DNA of 64,000 nucleotides from a virus. How positions within the stretch are numbered: position 1 is the stretch's first letter; each line of letters starts with the position of its first letter. The notes below the pieces were generated by a model. That model searched no databases, had not been told where the DNA came from, and worked only from the letters and a program-made list of their open reading frames with translations. The stretch lies in IMG/VR virus record IMGVR_UViG_3300048587_000983; one strand, 5' to 3'. Below are positions 36,747 to 45,633 of this stretch, piece after piece. The translations under genes were made by a program, and so were the position numbers.

Positions 36747-37190
36747 ATGAGTGTGAATGACGACAGTTCCGGCCCCTCGCTCTCTATCCGGATTACAGCC
36801 AAGGGCACGCTTGAGTACCGAACAAAGGGCGATCACATGGTGATCATGCCGCCCCGGCAGCTTCTTGTCTGCCTTCACTGCGGCTACTGGCTCAAGCCTT
36901 TCCCTGAGTCCAACTGCGTATCGCTATCGGTCCGGATTTACTGCGCCATCTCCAAGGCTTTTAACGCCGACCACAAACACTGCAAGCCTTCCCCTGAAGG
37001 CCGCAGCACCTACATCATCCTGAAAAGGGAGTGGGACGATTTTATGGAGAGTTACCCGAAAGAGCGTGAGGAGTGGGAAAAGGACCACGAAACCAAATGG
37101 GAGCGGCGCGATTGGGGCAAAGAGTACGACGAGTGGTTTAATCTTCCGTTTAAAAAGAAAGGCGGGAAGAATGAAGGCATATCAGGGTAG
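36747..37190 (+). CDS. Hypothetical protein
   Basis: SD AAGGAGGA. Confidence 0.7.
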   Translation: MSVNDDSSGPSLSIRITAKGTLEYRTKGDHMVIMPPRQLLVCLHCGYWLKPFPESNCVSLSVRIYCAISKAFNADHKHCKPSPEGRSTYIILKREWDDFMESYPKEREEWEKDHETKWERRDWGKEYDEWFNLPFKKKGGKNEGISG

Positions 37191-37473
37191 TTTTCACATG
37201 GGCGGCATGAGCGAGCAGAAAAGGCCGTTCGCAGAGCTTCTGGAAGGGGAAACGCTGACCGTAAGGCAGCTCATCCACCACTGGAAAAATCCGGAAGAAG
37301 CCGTCCCCGGCCAGCCTCACATTGACAAGATGCGCCAGGAGATTCCGGCCCCGCCCGGCTACCGTTTCTCCGTGCTTTTCCTCGGGCGCCACCATGTGGA
37401 TGAGCCTTTTTCCGAGGAGGAAATTGAGAAGCGGCTTAACAGCCTCGGCTGGTTTCGCCGCGAGAATGGCTAA
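37171..37473 (+). CDS. Hypothetical protein
   Basis: Overlaps the upstream gene end; start uncertain. Confidence 0.55.
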   Translation: MKAYQGSFHMGGMSEQKRPFAELLEGETLTVRQLIHHWKNPEEAVPGQPHIDKMRQEIPAPPGYRFSVLFLGRHHVDEPFSEEEIEKRLNSLGWFRRENG

Positions 37474-37568
37474 GTTGTAAAAAAACACCTCTTGCATTAG
37501 ACTGGCCCCTACACAATGGGGCCAGTTCTCCCCCAAAATCAGATTTTCTTTAAATATCGGAGCAGCCC

Positions 37569-37970
37569 GTGAAGAAGAATACGGCGAAGAAAAACGAGGT
37601 CCCTGTTGACCATAACGCAAAATCAAACCAGGCGATTCAGCGCCAGCTGAAGCTTGTTGCCGGAAAGCTTTCCGAGCTTGACCAGCTTTCGAGTGAGCTC
37701 CGCACGCTTGTGGCGGATACTCAAAGCGCCCTGCGCCCTCCCCAAAAAGCCAAGTCTTCTGTTACGGGAAGACCTGAAAAAACCGAGACGCAGGTGACCG
37801 TCAACGAGCTGCAGGCCCTTCGTGAGCGGCGCTCGAAAAAGCTGAAGGCCGGGGTCGATGCCGAGAAAAAGGCAGCTCCCGTGAAAGCCGTACCCGCTGC
37901 TAAAGCCCAAAGCAAGGCCTTTAGCGTCAGTCGCCCGGCACAGCCTGCAAAGAAGAAAAAACCTGCTTGA
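37569..37970 (+). CDS. Basic Lys/Ala-rich (histone-like) coiled-coil protein
   Basis: GTG start after GGAG; KKAAPVKAVPAAKA...PAKKKKPA tail. Confidence 0.7.
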   Translation: MKKNTAKKNEVPVDHNAKSNQAIQRQLKLVAGKLSELDQLSSELRTLVADTQSALRPPQKAKSSVTGRPEKTETQVTVNELQALRERRSKKLKAGVDAEKKAAPVKAVPAAKAQSKAFSVSRPAQPAKKKKPA

Positions 37971-38011
37971 TGTCCTTGTGATGGATAGATAAATTCTGAC
38001 CGCTGTTGGCG

Positions 38012-38042
38012 CCCGGCACAAATGTTGCCGGGTTTTTATTTT
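38012..38042 (+). terminator. Terminator at the end of the + strand block
   Basis: CCCGGCA-CAAATGT-TGCCGGG followed by TTTTTATTTT. Confidence 0.7.
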
Positions 38043-38067
38043 TAGGGCTTCTATGGTACTCTGGGTA

Positions 38068-38150
38068 GGCTCAGGGAGGGAAAAGTGGGAATCCGCCGAG
38101 GTCTCCGCGCCGAGGAGAAAGACGGTTCGACTCCGTCCCCTGGGCCCTCA
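38068..38150 (+). ncRNA. Atypical tRNA-like RNA (possible pseudo-tRNA, GCC in the loop)
   Basis: T-arm GACGG-TTCGACT-CCGTC is directly followed by CCCTGGGCC, which pairs with 5' GGCTCAGGG. D-like arm GGA-AAAGTGGGAA-TCC. Stem TCTCC-GCGCCGA-GGAGA. Linker lengths are non-canonical and there is no CCA. Confidence 0.6.
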
Positions 38151-38220
38151 GAAATCCCGATCCCACGCCTGAGGGCTGGAGCTTCTGCTGTGCAGCGGCA
38201 ACGATGGCCCCGGTCGTGGC

Positions 38221-38565
38221 CTACTCCTTTTCCATCTTTTGGAGCTTATCGTAGTACGCCGGATCTTCCGTAAGATGATCCTTGGCGATCTCCTTGGCCA
38301 GCTCCGGGTCTGAGGTGTGCTCCCGCTCGACCTTCTGTCCCTTGCGAAGATCCTTTGCCGCAAATCCGCTGTCAGGCGCATTGTCCGCGAGCCCGCCCGG
38401 GATCTTGTCCTTGGCGGCCTTCTTCTCATTGTCGGTCTTCATAAGGTCTCTTTGCTGCGCCGCCTGCTGGGGAAGCTCTTTTTTGAGCTTTTGAAAAGCG
38501 TCGCTCTCGCTCAGAAACCCTGGGCGGCCCATTTTGCGTGCGTTCTGCCAAAATCCGCTTGTCAT
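38221..38565 (-). CDS. DUF5661-like protein
   Basis: GGLAD...KGQKVEREHTSDPELAKEIAKDHLTEDPAYYDKL. Confidence 0.75.
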   Translation of the reverse strand: MTSGFWQNARKMGRPGFLSESDAFQKLKKELPQQAAQQRDLMKTDNEKKAAKDKIPGGLADNAPDSGFAAKDLRKGQKVEREHTSDPELAKEIAKDHLTEDPAYYDKLQKMEKE

Positions 38566-39098
38566 GCTGCTCCTTTCCTAAACCCTCGCCAAAAGGCCTC
38601 TTTGAGACCCCCGGCAGGTTTTAAGGTTTCGTTTTCTTCCGAGAGGTTGAGGCTGTCGAGAAGGATATTGCGACCGAGCGGCACGTGAAGGTTGTCCCGG
38701 ATCTCCTTGGGGAGCCCGCCCGGCATCGGGATCCATTTCCAGCCGTGAACCTCGTCGTCGGGGTCGTTGCGCGTCGTAGTTCTGGGCAGGCGGTCCGAGC
38801 CAAAGAAGACCTTGAAGGCATGGATCTTGAGCTTTTCGCCGCCGGGCTTGGTCACGGTCTTTGATTTTATGTGAATGAGATCGTCCTCGCCGAGGCTTAT
38901 TCCGGCCTCCTCCTTCACCTCACGGATCGCTCCGTGGATCGGGGTTTCGCCGGGGTCGAGGTGGCCTCCTGGATTCGTCCAGCGACCGTTATCCTTTCTT
39001 TTGCCCATGAGGAGCTTTCTACCATCGACATCTATGATCCCGACAGTCGCCACCTCTTTCATGGCTCTTTTCTGAAAGCCTTCCCAGAAATCCCGCAT
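38562..39098 (-). CDS. NUDIX hydrolase
   Basis: PGGHLDPGETPIHGAIREVKEEAG Nudix box; FWxGF motif at both ends. Confidence 0.9.
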   Translation of the reverse strand: MRDFWEGFQKRAMKEVATVGIIDVDGRKLLMGKRKDNGRWTNPGGHLDPGETPIHGAIREVKEEAGISLGEDDLIHIKSKTVTKPGGEKLKIHAFKVFFGSDRLPRTTTRNDPDDEVHGWKWIPMPGGLPKEIRDNLHVPLGRNILLDSLNLSEENETLKPAGGLKEAFWRGFRKGAA

Positions 39099-39106
39099 GC
39101 CCTCTC

Positions 39107-39298
39107 CTATGGCCAGTAACGCTGCCAGGTATCCGGTGTAAACCCTTCCGAGAGTTCACGCGGATCCACCCGATAGGGTCGTGTTTTTTTCTCATCAATC
39201 GTCTTTTGCTCATCCTCCGCTTCCTGCAGCCAGAGTGCAAGAGGGTCTTCGGTGGCCTCGGCCGCCCGTTTTTTAAAGCCGGTCCAGAAGTCTTTCAT
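39107..39298 (-). CDS. Small virion-module protein
   Basis: MKDFWTGFKKRAA leader. Confidence 0.75.
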   Translation of the reverse strand: MKDFWTGFKKRAAEATEDPLALWLQEAEDEQKTIDEKKTRPYRVDPRELSEGFTPDTWQRYWP

Positions 39299-39305
39299 GC
39301 CTACC

Positions 39306-39599
39306 TCAAAATTTGGCGGGAGTCTGCGCTTGCGCCTCCAGTTCGGCCGAAATCAGATTTGCGGCTTTCAGGGCACCCTCGATACTCATATCCAGGACCT
39401 CGATTTCCAGTGAGACCTTGAGCGCCCTTAGCACCCCATCGGTCAGCGCGCGGGTAAGACCCTGCTCCCTTTGCGCGAGTTCCTGGCGTAAAGCGGAGCC
39501 CAGCGGTAAAAGGTCAAGTTCGATAAACAGGTCCGCGACGCCCACCGCGACGGCACCTTTGATTGCGGTCTTCAGCTTTTCAATATCGGACATCAACAT
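39306..39599 (-). CDS. Hypothetical protein
   Basis: Operon context; start uncertain. Confidence 0.65.
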   Translation of the reverse strand: MLMSDIEKLKTAIKGAVAVGVADLFIELDLLPLGSALRQELAQREQGLTRALTDGVLRALKVSLEIEVLDMSIEGALKAANLISAELEAQAQTPAKF

Positions 39600-39676
39600 C
39601 CCCGAAAAGAAACCGCCTGACACGGGCTTGTCCCGGCAGGCGGCTTTGGTTGCGTCTTCCCATTTACCGGCGAGAC

Positions 39677-39976
39677 TCAGTAGTACGCGGCTTGTGCCCC
39701 ATACTGCATCGGAGTCTCGCTCGGCCTCGTCAGGGCATAGGTCCCCGCCGCTCCACCCGCAACGCCAGCTGCAAGAGCCCGCTGCGGGGTTTTCATGACG
39801 GCCTGCTGCCCTTTGGTCGCCATGGTTTTACCCTTGGCCACTGCCGATTGCATAACGGGACGTGCCTGCTGCCAGGCGGCCTGGGCTTTCGGCACCATGC
39901 GCTGAACAAAAGCCCGCCCTGCATTCATAAACGAGGCCTGTTTTTCAAAGCCTATCCAGAAAGACTCCATGATCAA
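39677..39976 (-). CDS. Small virion-module protein
   Basis: SFWIGFEKQAS leader; Gly/Ala-rich. Confidence 0.75.
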   Translation of the reverse strand: MIMESFWIGFEKQASFMNAGRAFVQRMVPKAQAAWQQARPVMQSAVAKGKTMATKGQQAVMKTPQRALAAGVAGGAAGTYALTRPSETPMQYGAQAAYY

Positions 39977-40380
39977 TCCTCTTTTATTCGGCGCGGGCTG
40001 TAACGGCCGTGGATCTCGCTGGCTTTGCGACCGTGCTGACCTACCATGGAGCCGATAGCTCCGCCCAGGTAAGAACCCCCGCCTGCACCCAGGGCTGCGA
40101 GAAGTTTTACCGCCTCCGGGTCAATCCTTTTTGACTTCGCCAGCGACGCCAAAGCCCCGGCAGCAGCACCGAGTCCTGCGCCCCCGACACCGCCTATACC
40201 CATGCCTTTGAGGCCTTGGATCGTTTGGTGTTTAAATGCTTCGCCGAAGCCCTGCATTTTTTTTCCCGGTTCCGCTTCGATCGCAGTCGAGATGGGGTTG
40301 CCGAGCAGAAAACGGCGGCCGTGGTGACCCTCGGGGTTCCCGGCTGCCGCTTTTTCAAAACCTTCCCAGAAAGAGTTCAT
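39973..40380 (-). CDS. Small virion-module protein with glycine zipper
   Basis: MNSFWEGFEKAAA leader; GGVGGAGLGAAAG. Confidence 0.75.
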   Translation of the reverse strand: MNSFWEGFEKAAAGNPEGHHGRRFLLGNPISTAIEAEPGKKMQGFGEAFKHQTIQGLKGMGIGGVGGAGLGAAAGALASLAKSKRIDPEAVKLLAALGAGGGSYLGGAIGSMVGQHGRKASEIHGRYSPRRIKED

Positions 40381-40392
40381 GGTTTGCTCCCA

Positions 40393-41100
40393 TTAAAACG
40401 CATCGACGTTCAGCGGTACGAGGCGATCGTACTGGACGCTGACACCTTCCATGATCAAGACAGAGCCCGATGATACCGTCATCTGGTGGCCTTGAACATA
40501 GGAGTCTTCGACATAAAAGCCGCCCACCGTGTCCGTGTTTGCGTCCTTGAAGTAGACGGCCAGACCGGTCGGCTGCGCGAAGAGGTCGGAAGCGAGGTCG
40601 ATGATGAGATAGCCGTAACCCGGGTTTCTCTTCAGCTCGTGAAGATCCCCCACGGAAAAGGTATCGAGAAGCGCCGCGCTGGGGTCCGGGACCTCATTGC
40701 GACCTTCAGGAGAGGTTACCGTTGCGCCTACCGCCGCCGTACCCAGATCAAAGGTGCCGGCGTTGCTTCGGTAGTACGCGTAGAGCACGCGAAGCAGCGA
40801 GGGTCCAAAGTAGAACGTCCGGCCGATCGAAATCGAGCCGACGGTCCTGCCGGGGATAAAGTAGGACCGGGTGGAGCCGATCTCAAAAATCCGCTGCAGC
40901 TGGCGGCTTTGCTGAATACCGAACGTCTCAAGAAGGCCAATCGGGTAGGCGATCTCCGTCCCTGCACCACCCTCCGTGGTCAGCCGGGGAGGGCCGGCAG
41001 CGATGAGCGTGGACTCAGCGCTGACGAACTGCCCACCGACAAGCTCCTGCTGAACCCTGTAGTTATAAAAGTCCCAGTTGCTGTAGCTCGTGGTAGCCAT
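40393..41100 (-). CDS. Putative tail tube protein
   Basis: Directly downstream of the sheath; IGLLETFGIQQSRQLQRIFEIGS...YFIPG; size fits. Confidence 0.7.
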   Translation of the reverse strand: MATTSYSNWDFYNYRVQQELVGGQFVSAESTLIAAGPPRLTTEGGAGTEIAYPIGLLETFGIQQSRQLQRIFEIGSTRSYFIPGRTVGSISIGRTFYFGPSLLRVLYAYYRSNAGTFDLGTAAVGATVTSPEGRNEVPDPSAALLDTFSVGDLHELKRNPGYGYLIIDLASDLFAQPTGLAVYFKDANTDTVGGFYVEDSYVQGHQMTVSSGSVLIMEGVSVQYDRLVPLNVDAF

Positions 41101-41112
41101 GTGTACTCCTCC

Positions 41113-43587
41113 TTAGACCTGGATGGTGATGTCGATGTTGTTGAGCGGGATCGGTATCTGAAAGTTGAACAGCACATCGACGGTGTCGATCTGTGTTTCA
41201 GATTCCGTAAGAGAGACAAGCTTTCCGGCTCGGATGACGCCACCAAACCTTGGGACGCGGGTGGTGTCGCGGAGAAAGATGATTTCCCCTTCCCCGGTCG
41301 TCTTCAGGGCATCAAGAGTGGTGTCGATGATGTTGTACTGGCCGATGTATGGCGCATACGTGCTCCGAAGGTGCTTGGCCATGAAATCGACGTTTTTGGT
41401 GACCGAATACTCCTGGAACTTGATGCTCGACAGATCCGTCGTCAGCTGGTGACGAACGTAAAGAGGCGTGTCGGGCGTGTCCTGAGCAAAGATCAGCGTA
41501 CCGCCACCTGCAATGGTGTCGAGCTGCGCTTCGGTGAAGTAGCGCGTCGAGTGTTTGAAGCCGAGAAAGCCCGAGACTGCGAGGTTTGTAAAACCTTGCT
41601 GGGTTGGAAGACCTGACGTCAGGGCGGCGATGGTACACGCTCCGTAAAAGCCAGGGACATCCTCTGTCTCCGATCCGACGGGCGCCTGAAGAACATCGGG
41701 CCAGCAGTGGACAACGCGGCGATCGGCAAAGGCCTCACTGTAGGAGGCGACCTGAGCTGCCTGCTCAGCCTTGGTCAAATCGCGGTTGATCTCGTAGGTG
41801 ATTCCCGTTTGAAGGGACACGATGCCTGGGATTGCAGTCGCAAGGGTCAGCTGACGATCGCTTTGAACGGAGCCGATTTTGTAGCGACCCTCAAACGAAA
41901 CTCCGCTGATCTCGATGTAGTGCCCGGCGGCGACGCCGTTGGCAAGAAAGGCCGCATTGCGGTCGTAAAAAATAAGACCGCCGGCCGAGAGGCCATCGCG
42001 CCGGTAGATGTAATACTGGATGTCTGTGGGAGTGCCGGCCGTGATGAAGCTCGACGCCAGAGTGAGCGAGTTGTCGCTCGTCTTTGTCGTGACGACATAG
42101 GTTCCGGGGTTGACGTTGGTACCGCCAACGATCACAACCGAATCACCGAGGGCCACGTTCAAAAACGCGTCGGGCGTGGCGTCGTTGAGCACGGCGGGGT
42201 TTGTGACAAAGCTGCCTGACCCATCGACTTGTGTGTTGACGATAACTCTGGAGTTATTCGCCGTCGTGACCGTCGTCTGCTCCTCCTGAAGCAGAAGGGT
42301 TGTCTTCAAAAGACTTGAAATCAGTACCACGCGCTCCTGCTTTCTCTGTGGCTGAGACAGCTGATCGACGTGGTTTTTGAAGAGTGTGTGGACAACAGGC
42401 GACTGCGAAAGAGGCGCTAGTGCGTACATTTCGGTGGTTTCGAGAACCTCGGTTGCCGCGGTGTAGGAGAGCACTTCGTCAGTGACCGCGTTTTCGTCAA
42501 GACCAAGGCCGTTGACCGGAGTCACCGTGTTTTGAAGCATGATGGAAAGCCCGTAGCCAAGCGGGTTCGATGGAACCAGCTGCCCGCTTCCAAAGACGCT
42601 CGTCAGGTCGGTCGTGCCCTCATACTCGCGCACCTCGGCTGCGAGGTCGTTGCGGAGAGCTCGATAGCTCGCATAGAACGTACCCGAGAGCACGTCGTAG
42701 AGAGTGGAATCGACTTCCGTCTGAAGACCAAGCGGGAGAGTGACCCCGTCAGCGTCAGCCGTGAAACCGTTTCCGGGTGAATCCAGGTACTCGACCTCGA
42801 TTTCACCGATGCGGCGCTTGATGGAATAGGTCAGCGGCGCTTCGGGAGTATCAAGAAACGGCGTTTGCAAAACGAGCGTGTTGTCGTCGGTTTTGCTTTT
42901 GATTACGTAATCGCCCTGGTTGGTCGTTCCGCGATCGCCGGAGATCGAGTAGGCAACATCCGTTGATGCGCCGACGCCATCGTTGACATCCGCGTCGAGC
43001 AAAAGCAGCGAGTCGGAGAGTTTTGCAGTGACAAGGTAGGTTCCGGTATTCGTGTTTGTACCGGCTGTGACAACAACCTCATCGCCGGCCTTCACCTGCG
43101 CGAATTGGCCTACGACACCGGCCGTGAGGCGGTTGCGCTGTCCGGCGGTGTCGGTCGTAACACCATCAGTTTGCGCGGCGACGATTTCAACGCCGGTTTC
43201 CTCGACGATTGTGACAATATCCCCTGCCACGACGTCCGCGAAAAGGGTAGGCGAGCTATCGTCGGTGAGAACATCACCCGCGCCCGATCCGTTTGTCTGC
43301 TCCGCCAGCACCTGGATAATGGTGTTTCGCATGACCCCGGACAGCTGTTTTTTGGTGGCCGGGAACATTTCGTCTTCAGCCGTAAAGCTGAGGTCGACAA
43401 CTGCTCCACCGAGAAGCCCAGCGTAGGCGTAGGTTTGCTCAGCGCCCGAATAGGTGCCAAGCAGATCGTTGTTGACGACCTGGTAGGCTGGGCCAATCAC
43501 GCAACATGGTAGCGCAAATGCTGCCAGAGCGGGCGCTGCATTCTGAAACTCTTGAGTGACAATCACTCCGGGGCGGCGATAAGCCAT
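41113..43587 (-). CDS. Tail sheath protein (contractile tail)
   Basis: Starts MAYRRPGVIVTQE; about 824 aa; beta-rich inserts; sheath-type C-terminus (VRHQLTTD...EYSVTKNVDF...DTVDVLFNFQIPIPLNNIDITI). Confidence 0.88.
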   Translation of the reverse strand: MAYRRPGVIVTQEFQNAAPALAAFALPCCVIGPAYQVVNNDLLGTYSGAEQTYAYAGLLGGAVVDLSFTAEDEMFPATKKQLSGVMRNTIIQVLAEQTNGSGAGDVLTDDSSPTLFADVVAGDIVTIVEETGVEIVAAQTDGVTTDTAGQRNRLTAGVVGQFAQVKAGDEVVVTAGTNTNTGTYLVTAKLSDSLLLLDADVNDGVGASTDVAYSISGDRGTTNQGDYVIKSKTDDNTLVLQTPFLDTPEAPLTYSIKRRIGEIEVEYLDSPGNGFTADADGVTLPLGLQTEVDSTLYDVLSGTFYASYRALRNDLAAEVREYEGTTDLTSVFGSGQLVPSNPLGYGLSIMLQNTVTPVNGLGLDENAVTDEVLSYTAATEVLETTEMYALAPLSQSPVVHTLFKNHVDQLSQPQRKQERVVLISSLLKTTLLLQEEQTTVTTANNSRVIVNTQVDGSGSFVTNPAVLNDATPDAFLNVALGDSVVIVGGTNVNPGTYVVTTKTSDNSLTLASSFITAGTPTDIQYYIYRRDGLSAGGLIFYDRNAAFLANGVAAGHYIEISGVSFEGRYKIGSVQSDRQLTLATAIPGIVSLQTGITYEINRDLTKAEQAAQVASYSEAFADRRVVHCWPDVLQAPVGSETEDVPGFYGACTIAALTSGLPTQQGFTNLAVSGFLGFKHSTRYFTEAQLDTIAGGGTLIFAQDTPDTPLYVRHQLTTDLSSIKFQEYSVTKNVDFMAKHLRSTYAPYIGQYNIIDTTLDALKTTGEGEIIFLRDTTRVPRFGGVIRAGKLVSLTESETQIDTVDVLFNFQIPIPLNNIDITIQV

Positions 43588-43598
43588 TGAAAACCTCC

Positions 43599-44267
43599 TT
43601 ACTCGTTGTCGATGAGAAGATCCGTAACGATTTTCTGCAGTTTCCTCTCCGCGACTGTGTCGAGAGTCCAACGATCCTGGATTTGTGCGGTGAGATAGAT
43701 AGGGACGATGTAAGTCTTGTCGTCAGCCCCTTCCGACTCGATCAACTGCTCTGCACCGATGTTTAGGCTCTTGATGGAAAGAAACCCATATTTTCGCAAG
43801 ACAGGAGCAAACCATTTGAACGAATTGAACACGATGTGCCCAATCTGTTCGGCCTCCACGCCTTCACGCGAAACGCAGGAAATTGCCAGGGATCCGGTGA
43901 GAATGTCGTTGAACGTGTATTTGCCGGTTGCGACTTTACGCTGCTCGAGGCTACTGCCCCCAAGACCTGTTCCAGTCCACGTCAGCGGCCCACGCACGGC
44001 CACGATTGCAGGACGGCTGCCCACAGTCTGAAGATCGACCGCATGAACATCCGCTATGATGATTTCTGTCTGCTCGTCATCCTGGTCGAAGTGAAACGAC
44101 CCTGGTGCCCTTTGGGAAAAGATCACCTGGAGGAATTCTAACGCTGTTCTCTTTAAAAAAACAGCCACATTCGGAATGAGATCGCCGCCGGCAATCGACT
44201 GCCTGCGGATGCCAAACCCGGTGTCGCTACCAGGCGAGGTCGGGTTGCCCTTCTTCATCGAGACCAT
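43599..44267 (-). CDS. Putative tail completion / neck protein
   Basis: Position upstream of the sheath; size. Confidence 0.55.
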   Translation of the reverse strand: MVSMKKGNPTSPGSDTGFGIRRQSIAGGDLIPNVAVFLKRTALEFLQVIFSQRAPGSFHFDQDDEQTEIIIADVHAVDLQTVGSRPAIVAVRGPLTWTGTGLGGSSLEQRKVATGKYTFNDILTGSLAISCVSREGVEAEQIGHIVFNSFKWFAPVLRKYGFLSIKSLNIGAEQLIESEGADDKTYIVPIYLTAQIQDRWTLDTVAERKLQKIVTDLLIDNE

Positions 44268-44287
44268 CGGCTAAAATCCTCATCGGT

Positions 44288-44449
44288 TTAGCCGGAAGGG
44301 GCTTTGGCGGCCTTTTTGGCCTTGACGGCCTTTGCTTTCTCCCGGCTTACAGTTGCGAAATGCTGCTGCTCCATCTCAGCTCCGATAGCTGAAAGGGCGT
44401 CCTTGATTGATTTATGGACAGTCACTCCCGGGATGCGCCCGCGTTTCAT
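44288..44449 (-). CDS. Small basic protein (53 aa), not in the ORF track
   Basis: SD AGGAG; MKRGRIPGVTVHKS...KAKAVKAKKAAKAPSG*. Confidence 0.6.
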   Translation of the reverse strand: MKRGRIPGVTVHKSIKDALSAIGAEMEQQHFATVSREKAKAVKAKKAAKAPSG

Positions 44450-44457
44450 GACAGCTC

Positions 44458-45633
44458 CTATATCCAGCTGCCCATAAGGCGGCTGCCGTAACTCATGGGT
44501 TTTGGGACGTTTGCGGTCAAAACCTGACTGTTTGCCGCGCCCGGTGTGCCCGCATTTGGCGGCTTTGTCGGTGAGGGCGTCGGGCTTGGCTTGCTCCTTG
44601 GGCCAATCGACTGCCCCGAGACGGGTCTCGCGGTTCTTATCTTGCCGAAAGATTTCATTGTTCTGAGGCCCGAGGTGACCCCTGGCATGACCCCTATGAG
44701 GCTCGCTGCGGTCTTGGCCCTATCGAAGCCTTGGAGGGCACCGGAGGCCGTTTTGCTTGCAAAGTGGCGATCGACGCTTTTTTGGATATCGCCGCTCCTG
44801 AGTTTTGCCGCGAGATTGCCCACCGCCTCCGAGATGGCAGGTCTCGCAAGGGTCGTGACATAGCCCGTGGCAAGGGCGCTCCCTGCCAGTGCGAGTGCGA
44901 GGTGGGGAAGAGTCCCTGCGGTTCCAGGGCCAAGCACCTTGCTGGCAAGCCTGTCGGCAACCTGTCGCGCCCAACCTGGCTTCGCGTTTATGACGGGTCT
45001 CGACGCTTTCAAGAGCTCATAGCCTGCGAGGACGCCTGCTGTTCCCGCTGCGACCTCAGCCGCCCGCGCCCCCACGCCGCTTGCCGACGCCAGAGCAGAG
45101 AGTGAACTGGTATCCTCCTGCTCGAATTCATCGCTCTTCAAAAGAGCGCTCATCGTCCGGTCCTCTATTCCCTTCTTTCGTACGCCACGCACCTTCTCGC
45201 CAAGGGCTGCGCCCGGTGTCAGGGCGAGTTTATTGCCGAGGTCACTGAACATGCTGCCCCAAAGATTACGGGCCAGGGCCGCAGAGGCATCGAAAGCGGA
45301 CTTTTCCCCCGCCCACTCCCGCTCCTTCGCTCGATTGAAGCCCGCATCGAAGGCCGCAATTTTCTTCCAGGCCTTATAAGCGCTACCGCCTCCGAGAAGA
45401 GCACCACCGAGGCTCCCAAGGCCGGGCGCAGTATCGAGAAGCTTATTGCGGAGGTTTCCTTTCCTGGGATCCGCAAAGCTATCCTTGCCGAGACCTTTGG
45501 CTATATCACCGACCCCGCCCCCGGCAAGAGATCCTCCGGCGACGCCTGCGAGGATACTGAGCCCCTTTAAAAGCGTGAGTGCAGGGCTACGACCTTGTGC
45601 TCTTTTATTGAAACCCGCATCGAAAGCGCTCAT
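44458..45633 (-). CDS. Gly/Ala-rich virion protein with repeated AFDAGF/KxA motifs
   Basis: MSAFDAGFNKRA, KIAAFDAGFN, EKSAFDA, KTAS...KTAAS. Confidence 0.75.
   Translation of the reverse strand: MSAFDAGFNKRAQGRSPALTLLKGLSILAGVAGGSLAGGGVGDIAKGLGKDSFADPRKGNLRNKLLDTAPGLGSLGGALLGGGSAYKAWKKIAAFDAGFNRAKEREWAGEKSAFDASAALARNLWGSMFSDLGNKLALTPGAALGEKVRGVRKKGIEDRTMSALLKSDEFEQEDTSSLSALASASGVGARAAEVAAGTAGVLAGYELLKASRPVINAKPGWARQVADRLASKVLGPGTAGTLPHLALALAGSALATGYVTTLARPAISEAVGNLAAKLRSGDIQKSVDRHFASKTASGALQGFDRAKTAASLIGVMPGVTSGLRTMKSFGKIRTARPVSGQSIGPRSKPSPTPSPTKPPNAGTPGAANSQVLTANVPKPMSYGSRLMGSWI

Noticed and set aside
19223-41616. Long antisense ORFs (e.g. 19223-20566, 31964-33076, 40486-41616, and 53674-54618 outside this span)
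   Set aside because: They are shadow frames of well-supported genes on the opposite strand and have no motifs.
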